From Podarcis melisellensis (Eukaryota), in the NCBI GenBank assembly GCA_964234715.1, contig OZ174280.1: a stretch of 64,000 bases of DNA; one strand, written 5' to 3'. Positions within the stretch are counted from its first letter, which is position 1. The number at the start of each line of letters is the position of its first letter. Below the pieces are notes generated by a model, which saw only the letters and a program-made list of their open reading frames with translations, did no database searches and was not told the origin of the DNA. Positions 51,832-64,000 of the stretch are shown in pieces. The position numbers and the translations under genes were made by a program.

Positions 51832-54536
51832 TTAAAAATAAATTTTCTTTGGAGAAATGAGGAAAAGAATTTTTTTGTTGTAGCTGGAGAAATAAGATTG
51901 CTTATCAGATAATCACCATGCTCTAGCAGAACACTTTAGCAGCGGGAACCACCAAAAACAGGCTCAGTACAAAAGCAGGGATGGGGAACCTCTGGCCCTC
52001 CAGATGTTATCAGACCAGCTCCTATCAGGGCCCAGGTAGTATGGCCAATGGTCAAGGGCCTCTGCCTGTGATCCTAGAGATCCACAGCCAATCAAAGCAG
52101 ATATTACTGGGCTGGATGGACCAATGGCTTACATGATATAAGAACTTTAAGATGAAATAAAGCTAATAATGCTTGCAACAAAATGAGGAGCAGAGTAATA
52201 AAAGATAAAGAGAAAAAGGAAATCACATTAGCATGTTAGTGATAGGCTTGGGAGTACAGTGAGAGAAAAACAGCAGTGGGGGACCCATGGCACTCCCAAT
52301 GTTGTTGGACTACAACTCCCATCATCCCGAACTGTTGGCCATAGTGGCTGGATCCTATGGGAGTTGGGATCCACTGACATACAAAGGACCACAGGTTCCC
52401 CATCACTTGCTTAAGGAGATGTTACTTAACAGCTGAGATTGTGTGTGTGTTTGTATTTTATAGGAATCTGATGAGAAGCTTGAAGATAAATTGAAACCAT
52501 GGCACTGTTAAAAATTTTCAGTGGGATTGTTGCACTTGCGAAGTTTGTAGGAAATTGTGGTCTCCCAAATCTTATCAAACCACTTCTATTCAGAAGGTTG
52601 CTTGGGTCCCTGCTGTGCTACCAGGCAAAAACCTACTAAAACAGAGGAGACTTTCAGCAGCATTTTGTGATGTGGAATGGGGCAGCTCTTCAAAGAAAAA
52701 TAGCCTACTGGATGGACAAACTGAGACAAGGTCTCAGGAAGCCCTCTTCTCTCGAAAAACGAAGAGATTTTTCTTCCATGAAAAATATGTGCACTATCAC
52801 TGATCTATGGCTCTTCCTGAAGTAGTTACTTGAATCCTAACTAACACGATTTGTATATATCTTCCCTTTCATAAAGTTATGGGGTCTTTCCCTGCTAATG
52901 GTGCCCACCGTTTCCTCATGAAAGCCAAAGGATTAAAATTACAAAGTGTGCTGCAGAAACACAGTTTGGTAAGGGAAACTAGGGCTACACTGAAGAAAAT
53001 GAGTATCTTTTTATTCATCTTTACATCAGTGAAGACAGCATGGCACTTTATGATGTGAACACATGGTGGCGCTAAGAGAATAAATTTCGGGCGAACATTA
53101 CTAGGTAGTAGGTACCAGTGGAAATGTCTATGTGATGTATGAAACGTCCTGCTGATGTCCTGCTTCCCACCATACATGCTTCCCAAAAGCCGGCAATGAT
53201 CTGTCATAAATGGTAGCAGAACATGCTACTGTATGCACCAATCTGGAGCAGACAATATGCACTGCTAGCAACAGACCAACCAACATCATTTTTACTGGCA
53301 CGGTGGGCAGGGGCACATTGTTGGAAAAGTGGAATTTAGTCCTAATTATTCCACTTGACTTCCATTGAAGTATGTGTTGGAAGCTGGCCAGAGTGGCTGG
53401 GGCAACCCAGCTAAATGGGCAGGGAATGATAATAAACTAATAATAATAATAATAATAATAATAATTCAATTGGTCAATACTAGCTGCCTGCTAAAAATCC
53501 TAGTAGGAGCATCAAGATCCTCCTTCCCTCTAGGGGTGTGTGCGTGCGCGCAAGGGCAACTTCTATTGCAGTCCTTACATGAAGAGAAAGCTTCTGTAGA
53601 GCCTGGAGATGGCAGGGCTTGTACCTGGGACCTTACTACATGCAAAGCATATGCACTACCACTGAGTCACGCCTTTCCCACATTTTGCCACATTTATTTC
53701 TGAGCCAGACAGAGCCTTCGGCAGAAAAGGAAAAAGCTGTCCAGGAGCCCAAAACACGATGATGCACCAGCAGGCTGGACTGAGATCTTGCACAAGGATG
53801 AGCATCTCCAGGGCTAAATCTGTTTTAAGAGCACTGTCCATACACTCACATTGTGCTAGGCAAAACTGAATTGTACAGAAGGCAGTGAATGCCCTGGTCT
53901 TGCAGGTGCTGCAAAGGCTTTGAAAAGGAGAGTGCTCTAGAATTCTTAAAAGGAGATCTACAGATCTCTAGTTTATTCCTGCCTCCAGATTATACGCCAT
54001 GTGACCTTTTTGCATTTTGGCTGGTGGACCCTTTAACCAAACATCTCCAGAACTTTTACCGGGATCAAATTAAGACTACATCAAAAAGATGTAATGTTAA
54101 TTGGACTGTCAGGGAACTGCAATTTTCACACCAAAGTTCAGACGTGCCCAGCGCTATGCGGGGGGAAAGGGACATCCTGTAGCAGCATACACACAAACAC
54201 CCTCACACTTCACAGCCAGGTCATGTTGCAAAAAACAAACAAACCCACAGACCTTCTGCAAAGCACCTCAGTCAAACAAAACCTGCACTCAGAGCCTTAT
54301 TAGAAGACAAAAAGCATGCCAAGCAAAGCTGCAACCGTAAGTCCTACACCTAACCAACACCCCACCCCAACCATTTCAAACCCCAGCAGGCACTCGTACA
54401 ACAAAAGGAACCACTGAAGTCACAGGCAGGCATACAAAGCTGCTGCCAAGCGCCAAAAGCCAGAATTGCAATAGCAAAAGTACAAACGCACAACAGGGGA
54501 AAAATTAAACACAGCAGTACACCAGAGCTACAGTAC

Positions 54537-54554
54537 CTGGCTGGTTTGTGGCTT
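54537..54554 (-). CDS. DOCK7: Putative DOCK7 18-nt micro-exon (adds SHKPAR)
   Basis: tgtgctgtgtttttag|AAGCCACAAACCAGCCAG|gtactg; frame-preserving and stop-free in the phase-2 intron. Confidence 0.55.
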
Positions 54555-54994
54555 CTAAAAACACAGCACATGTGGGAAAAATAATCAAAGTGATGGATTA
54601 GGGTAGGAGAGGAGTCAGCTTGGAGAACTCCAGAATGCTCTAATGGAGTAAGTGACCGATGGCACACATGCAATTACACCTAGTTACTCTTGGCTGCAAC
54701 TTAAAGCATCCTATAGCCGTCTTATCAGTGCATTGGTCATCTTCCCTTACAGCACAATCCGATACAAGTCTAGTCAGGAGCAAGTCCCATTGAGTTTAAT
54801 GACACTTACTACCAGGGAAGTGGGTGTAGGATTGCACCCTCCTTTTCTTTGAAATAAACAACGCACGTGTGTGATAGCACTATTCTTATGAGGTTAGTCC
54901 TATCTCAGTTCAGGTCCAGACCTGCTCATACTGTGAGGAGCAAGGCAGTCCCTATCTTGGCCAACTGGCCATTTCAGCGTTAAAATGTTTGGGT

Positions 54995-55237
54995 ACCAGG
55001 CAGAGGGCCTTCTTGGTTGTGGCGCCAGCCCTGTAGAACGCCCTCCCACCAGATGTCAAAGAGAAAAATAACTACCAAACTTTTAGAAGACATCTGAAGG
55101 CAGCCCTGTTTAGGGAAGCTTTTAATGTTTAATAGGTTATTGTATTTTAGTGTTCTGTTGGAAGCCGCCCAGAGTGGCTGGGGAAACCCAGCCAGATGGG
55201 TGGGGTATAAATAATAAATTATTATTATATTATTATT
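54995..55237 (+). mobile_element. L2 LINE 3' end
   Basis: ...GGAAGCCGCCCAGAGTGGCTGGGG...(TAT)n tail. Confidence 0.85.
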
Positions 55238-55255
55238 TTGGGTAAGGTAGCATTA

Positions 55256-55369
<114 letters not shown>

Positions 55370-55806
55370 TTAAAAAATTGCTTTTAACTTTTTTATCTTT
55401 GACTGCTGCGTTTGACGAATTAAATGAGGTATCATGACTACACCCTTCGCACACAATGAATGGTTAACCTCACATTAAATGATTATTGCACTTTAAAATT
55501 AATTATCATCAGTGTTAACTAATCCTTTCAATACAAAATGAACCAGCTTCCAAGCAAACGTGTGAGTAAATCAACACTATCTACCAAAACAAGAGAAGGA
55601 AACCTTTTTCAACTGAAGGGCCACATTCCTTCATAAACACCCTTCCAGGGGCCACACACCAGGGGTGGACCAGGGGCCTGAGAAAAAAGGGAGCTGGACA
55701 ACAGATGTAACATTTCCCTTTGTACAGTAGGCTACATTTCAGTCACACGCACACAAAATGTGGAGGAGAGACACTGGTTTTACACATACACAATTCCATC
55801 CAAATA

Positions 55807-56022
55807 CAGTGGTGCCTTAGGTTACATATGCTTCAGGTTACAGACTCCGCTAACCCAGAAATATTACCTCAGGTTAAGAACTTTGCTTTAGGATGAGAAC
55901 AGAAATAGTGCTCCGGCAGCACGGCGGCAGCAGGAGGCCCTATTAGCTAAAGTGGTGCTTCAGGTTTCAGGTTAAGAACGGACCTCTGGAACGAATTAAG
56001 TACTTAACCCGAGGTACCACTG
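55807..56022. mobile_element. Tc1/mariner-type MITE nested in an older hAT-like element (about 55590-56185)
   Basis: TA-CAGTGGTGCCTT...GAGGTACCACTG-TA; same family as 14257. Confidence 0.88.
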
Positions 56023-56609
56023 TAGTAAAAGGAACCATCAAAATGCAAGGACACGCAAAGAAGTGCGGAGTACGGTCAGTGAGAGCCAGGGTCCTGAATG
56101 GGGCATCACCTGGAGGGAGCCTTTAGGACCAAATGTACAGGTTTGAAGAGCTATATTTGGCCCTCGAGTCTGAGGTTCCCCACCTTTGTACTATAATATC
56201 TCATTAACACTATCAGGATAGTTTACTATTCATAAATTCAAGGCTAGCTCGGTATCAAGGAATGCCACATCGCTGACTCCAGAGGGCTCCACTGCAGAGG
56301 GCCCAGTACAACCAATGTTTCCCCTGCCCTGTCAGAGTAAAGGACTGCTGGCATGGGGCAGCTTTCATGAAAAGCGGACTGAATCACTGCTCCTATACAG
56401 GACTCAGTTGGAGGCCGACCGCTGCTGAAGCAACATCCAAGCTCTGCCTCTTTCTGGCATTCAGCCTGAGCCTGCACAAGGCAGATTTGCTTTGCTTGGC
56501 CTGCCTTCTCACTGCAGAGGTCAATGCTTGCAGGAGGACTGCGGCCGCTCTCCCTGTCCATCACACAGAGCTGCCTTAGCACAGTGCATGAAGGGGGCCT
56601 CCCATTTCA

Positions 56610-56786
<177 letters not shown>

Positions 56787-57734
56787 TCACAAGAAAGAGA
56801 ATAGAACATAAAACAAGTCAGCCCTTTTTAAAAACAAAGAAAGCCCATTATAATTTAATACAGAAATAAAGCAAATTATTTAGGCAGCTTCCTATATCTA
56901 ACACAGAATTTGCAGTATCCACAAATTCTACTTCTAATCTTTCTTTTGGGGGAAGCTAAGACAGTTAAACTTGCTACAAAGTGGTATATATTTCTAGCAT
57001 TCAGGGCTTCTTTTTCAGTTGGAACTTGCCGGAACTCAGTTCCGGCACTTCTCAGGTGGGACGCCACTGTCATTCTAAAAGAATGAGGGAAGCATTCATG
57101 GTAAGTTCCGGTACCTTGTTTTCCCAGGAAAAATAGCACTGGTAGTGTTGAATCATCCTACGTTTGCTTTCTTGTCTATCCTTGGCTAACTAGAGAATTG
57201 TGAATCATGGAGAAATGGGAATCAATCAGTTGTTCCTTCAGCAAAGCGGAGAAAGACCCTTCCCAGCAAACAGGGAGGAGATGGTACTAACTCAATGGCT
57301 CTCAAGAATGTTCAGTGGGTACAATCCCAACCAAGGACTGTATGCTGAGCAAAGCAGGGCAAAGACTCTAGAAGCTCAAAAACTGGAATTCAGTTTCCCT
57401 TTCTGATGGGAATTTGGTTTGGTGGAGACTTAAAGGGTGAGAAACACGAAGGAAACATTATTAGAAGATCCACTTTTAACTGAGTAATGGTTGTGTGGTT
57501 CTGAATTCAGCGGCAACCATTTTGTGTGAGGGTGCTGTTCCTGACCCCTGCGTATGTTGACAGAGCATGAATAAGCCAAACTTGCCCTGCCCCATGTTTC
57601 GGCCGCTTCTAGGCTGGCAGCGATGAGCATGTGCATGATCACGCATCAATCGGACACATGTAAACTGCTTTATGCCTGTACTGCTTCACTTCTCTGAAAA
57701 GCGTGTGAGCATAATTGTCTCGCTGCTACTATAC

Positions 57735-57917
57735 CTTGTATTCGAAGCAAGAAACACAGAGGTAGAGCAAATCCAGTAAACGATTAAGCTGCAGCACAGA
57801 AAGGTCCGTGAACCATTTTTGTAGGACACTTTCATCAGCGTTCTTCAGGACCCACAAAAGGCAGATGAGAAGGTTCCGACTTGACTCGGCTGAAAATGTT
57901 GAATGTTGCCTATTTGT
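57735..57917 (-). CDS. DOCK7: DOCK7 exon
   Basis: [21 protein letters not shown]...[15 protein letters not shown]. Confidence 0.95.
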
Positions 57918-58158
57918 CTGAATACACAGGAATAACCAGTTAGAATCAGGACCACTTCTTCTGTTTGGAATATTACTCAACCAGCTACTCTTCTGTTCTT
58001 CTGGAAGGAGTTTGGTTGAATTTATTTTAATTATTAATTATTATTATTTGTATGTTTTATTGTGCTTTAAATATTCTATGGGACAGCCATGTTATAGAAA
58101 TAATAACATTATTGTAATTATTACACTGGTTTTAAGTACATGGATCACTGTGAACTAT

Positions 58159-58394
58159 NNNNNNNNNNNNNNNNNNNNNNNNNNNNNNNNNNNNNNNNNN
58201 NNNNNNNNNNNNNNNNNNNNNNNNNNNNNNNNNNNNNNNNNNNNNNNNNNNNNNNNNNNNNNNNNNNNNNNNNNNNNNNNNNNNNNNNNNNNNNNNNNNN
58301 NNNNNNNNNNNNNNNNNNNNNNNNNNNNNNNNNNNNNNNNNNNNNNNNNNNNNNNNNNNNNNNNNNNNNNNNNNNNNNNNNNNNNNNNNNNNNN
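58159..58394. other. Assembly gap (N run)
   Basis: Direct read. Flanking DOCK7 exons join in phase, so no constitutive exon appears to be lost. Confidence 1.
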
Positions 58395-58916
58395 CATTTA
58401 AAATTAATTAATTAAATAGTTTAGGTAGTTTGCTACATTTTAACCATTGCTTCACACTGCTATCCTGAAGTGATTTGAAATAATGAAGTATAAAACACAC
58501 ATTTTTTAAAAAATAAAATGCTAAGCCATCTAAAGGAGCACACAATATCCACACAGGATAGACATCAGTAGGCACCAAAATACTCAAACTGATTGAACAG
58601 ACCTAATGCAAGTCCTCTGAATTTTAACTAAAAATACATCCCCCCCAATGTGTTTCACAATGGAGAAGCAAGGTTTTAAATCTTGATGTGCAGCCAAAGA
58701 GTTTATTATTACACCACTATCTCCCAGGAACAGAGATAATTTTGCTGCAGCGCAATCTATCTGTCACCTCCTCCCACCCACCCTCTATGTTCCAAGAGAG
58801 AGTAGTGCCATCTGTTCTGTGATCAGGACTGCCACCCACTCTTGCTGCCTTACAAACACAGGACATGCACATTTGTCTGTTCACAGGCGTTCTAGAGGAA
58901 AAACACTTCTCTATAC

Positions 58917-59071
58917 CGATGATGTTAGGAGAAAACTGCTGGGACGGGTGAGTTGCGGGACGGAGGTTCCTGCAATAGCCATGGCAACTGTCTGGCTTAT
59001 CATGCTTCCACCCTCGCTCTCATAGTCCTCCACTGCTGTGCAGCTTGGCCGCCCACGCTGGTTGTGGTTTT
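58917..59071 (-). CDS. DOCK7: DOCK7 exon
   Basis: NHNQRGRP...[29 protein letters not shown]. Confidence 0.95.
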
Positions 59072-59973
59072 CTGTAGAGAAACAAGCAATTCCCAATGAA
59101 TCACCACTGCAACAAGGTTATCCCACTCAGCTACCACCCTCCCAAATGTTTCCCTTAAGTATTGTTGAACTTGGAGGCTAAGCAGTAATAACGCCTTTCA
59201 CACTGGACTGCAAGTGAGCAAGTAAAGCTATGTTCAAGGTACACTCATAAGTTATCTGGATGAAAGTGTAGCATTGCCTCTTTCCCTGGGTTTAGAATAC
59301 CAATCATGCAAACAGTTTGTCAATAGAAACATATGAACCTGCCTCCTTCTATGCAGTCCAGCACTGTAGGTTTGTTGTCAGGAGTTGGCATCGTAGGGCA
59401 GCTGCCATTCTAGCTGGTGCCCCACTGTGACCCCTAGAGATCCCTAGTTCTCCTCCTCTTCCTCGTTGTTGTTGCCTGTTCCCTGGCCTCCTCAGGCATG
59501 CCAACAGTAACAAGAACAAGGAGAAGGAAAACTATACTCCTGGACTATGGTACAAACTGGGCCCAGAGATCTAAGGTAAATGGACAGGGAATGGACACAC
59601 TGGCAGGAAAGTGGACTTCTTGCTCAAGGGCCTTTCAAAATCTGGGACCAACACCAATTCCATACAGAAAATTTGTAAAGTTAGATGTGCTTAGCTTAAA
59701 CAGCAGAACTGTATCTTGCATTTCAAGGCTGTTAAAATACTGGTGTACAGACAAACCCAACATTTCAGTCAGTGAGCCCACTCAATTATCATCTTGTATG
59801 AGGCCCACTATCCACTAAATTTCTTTTTCAGCAAGGCTTGGAGGGGATCTGATTAATTGGCCCAGATCTGACTGCATCTGCCATTAAAGCTCAATTGCTG
59901 TGGGTTTTATTTTTGTTGTGCTTTATTATTGATGTGACTGTATTCCAACTTGACATTACATTTAGATGAAAAG

Positions 59974-59975
<2 letters not shown>

Positions 59976-60012
<37 letters not shown>
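59976..60012. repeat. (GT)n microsatellite
   Basis: Direct read. Confidence 0.97.
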
Positions 60013-60015
<3 letters not shown>

Positions 60016-60273
60016 GAAATAAAATAAGTAAGAACTCAACATGAGATAGCAACAGGTCAGTGGAGAAGACATTGGCACACATTCTGCTCTGTGTAGCTTT
60101 GGGACTATGTGCAAAATTTAATCGCTGATGCAAATTTCCTGAAGATTTAAGCACTCATTTCCTGGATGTCACTGAGGAATCCCTTGGTTTGTTTTTAAGT
60201 TATTTGTTCAAGTGAAAGACAGAACTCAGGGAGCAGCACAACATGTCTGGCAGTTAATCTGCCATTTTTCTTA

Positions 60274-60504
<231 letters not shown>

Positions 60505-61955
60505 TTAGTTAATAGTTTTAGAGCAGATAAGACTTGGTAAACACACACCTACACCAATACACTTACACCAACACGCTTACGCTTACTGATACTGCTTTTG
60601 TCTGTGTGTGCAGTGTGTCTTACAGTTGCACCCCTGTATTAAAAGATGCCAGTGTTTTGTCACCTGCAGTGAAGTGGTAAATGAATCATGGTCATGGAGC
60701 TGGCAATTTCATGGCCCCTGGTTTAACCACTGAAACAGGATTTGTTGATATGCAAACCCTTTAACATTAGCCAAGTGGCCCTCAAACATGGATTTAGCTC
60801 CCACCACCTTTGCAGGAGCTAAAGGTGTGAACCAGTTTTACAGATGCTTCTCTCCTGTCTCCACACAGATCAATGGAGCAAATGCTTTTCAGTCAACCAG
60901 CATAGTGAAAGTAATGGGTCAATAAGCAGAAGGACGACCAATGGTGGTTCTCCCAAAGCCCAGTCAATGGGAGCAGGGGTTGCTTATAGATGCCTCTACT
61001 TTTCCTTTTTCTCCTGCCGGCTATATACTTGGTTGCTATGGCTCCCTTACCACTTCCTGCCTCTTTGCTCCATTTTGTAAATTTCTTATCAGACTTCTGC
61101 ATCTTTGCCTTAGTTGCTGCATCCAGAGTCCCTGGTGGCCACCATAACTTGTGATGATCCGGAAGTGTGGCTTGCAACCTAAATATCCACGTGCTGAAGA
61201 CTACACACATGCAAAGAGGTGCTTTTATTTACAAGGCACTACAACAGGCTGCTTGGGGAATCAGAAACCACATTAAAAACACAGACCTTCTATTTGCCAG
61301 ATGGGGTTATCTATAACATAAATGTAAGCCAATTACAGAGTTGCAAATCTGCCTGCAGATTTGAGGGCAGGGACCACACACCCCTTTGTAGCTGGGGTTA
61401 ACGGAAACGGTCAGATTTTTAATAACCCGCATGAACACAATTAGTTTCAAAGAGGAAATTAGTGTCCAGGTCTATGGCAATCAAATCTTAATACTACTAC
61501 GCTTTGGCTGTGATCCAGAGCTCCATGCACCAATAGGGTTCTCATTGACTCTATGGGTTGTAACCTGCTGAAATTAATAAACCTAAATTAGCCATGTCCA
61601 TCAGCTTCAGTGGGTCTATGCTCAGTAGAACTAGCACTGAATTCAATCTTGTGGTAGATGGAACACCATGAAAGTGACTATGTTTATGGAGAAGCCTACA
61701 CTCTCACCCTGTATATACATGGCTGCCCATAATACTGATATAAAAAGGCTGCTCTGGTAGGAAAGATCTTTGGATAGCAATCAAAGCAGAGGTGCTGAGC
61801 TGGAGAGCGGCTGGGACTTGAGGAAGAACCTGTTTCCTTTCTTTTCCCTCTAATATCACATTTGAACACAGCCCTGCCTAAGGCAGAATTCTGCTTGTGA
61901 AACATTAGATCTTCTTTGAATTATTCCATCCCGCCCAGAATAATTGTAAAACTCA

Positions 61956-62099
<144 letters not shown>

Positions 62100-63109
62100 T
62101 TATGGAAACAAACACCAACCTTTGTTAAGTTTTATTGTATGTATTTCAGACTGCAACATATAGACTGCACTGTCCTCCGGACAGGTTACATTTTACTAAC
62201 AGACCATTTGGGTAATCCTATAAATGTGGCTGGAGCAACTGTAAACAAGAGTCTTGTATAACAAACTTAAGACTTTTATTTACAGAACTCCGAAAGACTC
62301 CACATACACTCTGCTAAGCTCTCACAAACACTGCTCTCTATTTTTCTGTATTTCCAGTAAGTGAAGCCAGAATTTTCCCAATTCATGAGCTACACCTCTG
62401 AATATAGAATCACATCCCTATGATAAAGTTTTTTCCATCCTCCTCCTCCTCCTCCTCAAAACTTAAATACAAAGTCAAGGAGCATGAAATATACAAGCAG
62501 TACACACAGTTATGCACAACTTAAATTATCTTCATATACATATAGTATACCTGCTGTGAGTTATGTTTTACTGCTCCAATAATGTGCAATATTAAAATGT
62601 GCAATATAGATTTGCTTTCCATTCACCTTATTTAATTTGTATGCAACAGGTATGCTTGGTCATGAATTGCATGCGGTTCACATTCTTTCAAAAATTGGAA
62701 TTATCTAAGCTCTACAGCATTTTGCATAGAGCATTTATGCTGTAACAACCACATGAGACAAATTCCCTCCATTTTGTGTAAAAAACAAACAAACAATAAT
62801 TGTTTTTAAGTGCAAGCCTTATAATAAGAGTAAATCAGTCTTCTTATTCTTACCCAATAGTTGATCTCAACAGGACACAACAACCACAAGTGGAAAAAGG
62901 TTGAAAAAGGTTTTCTGAAAAGGCTCTTAATTATTGTGGTGGACAGTGACCTTAGGATGCTTGGTGAGTGCTATACCATCTAGTCCTCTGCCATTCAACT
63001 TGGCTGGCTTTATCCAGTAAAGCTAGAGGTGCTATGCTCAAAATGGTGCTTGCCTTTCCCTAGGAGATTCTCTGTTCTCCTGGTTGTCCAGCACCCATAT
63101 AATTCAAAG

Positions 63110-63245
63110 CAGGCTTCCTCAAACTCGGCCCTCCAGATGTTTTTGGCCTACAACTCCCATGATCCCTAGCTAGCAGGACCAGTGGTCAGGGATGATGGGA
63201 ATCGTTGTCTCAAAACATCTAGAGGGCCGAGTTTGAGGAAGCCTG
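63110..63245. mobile_element. hAT-type palindromic MITE
   Basis: TIR CAGGCTTCCTCAAACTCGGCCCT; 8-bp TSD ATTCAAAG/ATTTAAAG; related to 25961. Confidence 0.9.
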
Positions 63246-63426
63246 ATTTAAAGCACTTTCCTCAGCGAGTCTGCATGCTGATTATACAAATGAGCACCAA
63301 AGGACAACCTACATTCAAAGCAGAACAGTACTTGGAAAAGGTACCCCATTCTACAAGTGCTGCCACCACACACTGGGTTGTTCTTCCCACAAGGCAAGCA
63401 ATGTCTTTTCTAGGCACCCTGCTCAC

Positions 63427-63597
63427 CTGAGATGTTGCGGAAGACACGGAAGGTGACGGGGATGCTGGGGGTGTCAACAGGCTGCATGGTAAATTCAGAG
63501 TAACGTAGTGTTCATGGCTGCAGATGATGCGGAGGAAATCCAACCTCAAGGACACAAGGGTGCTCGGGTTGGGCAAGGAATAAAGCTTGGATGCCAC
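63427..63597 (-). CDS. DOCK7: DOCK7 exon (5'-most in window; gene continues to the right)
   Basis: [38 protein letters not shown]...SSATSQ. Confidence 0.96.
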
Positions 63598-63689
63598 CTT
63601 GTAAACACGGGGAAAGCACAGTTGAAGAGTTACAGGCCACAAGAAGCCACTGCCGCACAGAAATTAAAGCTACAATTAATCCTGCATGT

Positions 63690-64000
63690 GGCTGCTACAC
63701 TGACTGACAGCAGCCGCCAGGACCACATAACATGTCCTAAAAGACCTACATTGGCTCCCAGTATGTTTCTGAGCACAATTCAAAGTGTTGGTGCTGACTT
63801 TTAAAGCCCTAAACGGCCTTGGCCCAGTATACCTGAAGGAGCATCTCCACCCGCATCGTTCAGCCCAGACACTGAGGTCCAGCTCCAAGGGCCTTTTGGT
63901 GGTTCCTTCACTGAGAGAAGTGAAACTACAGGGAACCAGACAGAAGGTATTTTGGTAGTTGCACCACCCACTCTGTGGAATGCCCTCCCATCAGATGTCA
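63690..64000 (+). mobile_element. L2 LINE ORF2 3' fragment
   Basis: LKDLHWLPVCF*AQFKVLVLTFKALNGLGPVYLKE. Confidence 0.88.

Noticed and set aside
58012-58415. ORFs containing X runs
   Set aside because: Artefacts of the N gap.

Overview
Vertebrate genomic DNA from a squamate reptile, probably a lacertid lizard (Sauria SINEs, squamate L2/RTE/MITE repeats). (1) 1-4240, minus strand: the 5' half of a near-intact class II (beta/alpha-like) endogenous retrovirus. It has an LTR, a tRNA-Met PBS, gag, pro with a degenerate dUTPase-like domain, and pol running off the window edge. (2) About 4.2-15.6 kb: repeat-rich intergenic DNA. (3) USP1 on the plus strand: CpG-island promoter, 8 coding exons at 17443-29582, 782 aa. 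(4) The 3' part of DOCK7 on the minus strand, convergent with USP1: 23 coding exons at 31577-63597 with consistent phases, including the DHR2 GEF domain, the 15-nt STGWE micro-exon, plus a further putative 18-nt micro-exon. The most striking unexplained signal is the DOCK7 intronic region around the STGWE micro-exon (about 37.5-46.9 kb). It has no credible ORF but is densely packed with nested 7-14 bp helices, including kb-scale pairings. Their G-U wobbles and a cUUCGg tetraloop read correctly on the PLUS strand, which suggests a multi-kb, highly folded RNA antisense to DOCK7. The stems were found by eye and need computational and expression confirmation. An assembly gap lies at 58159-58394.
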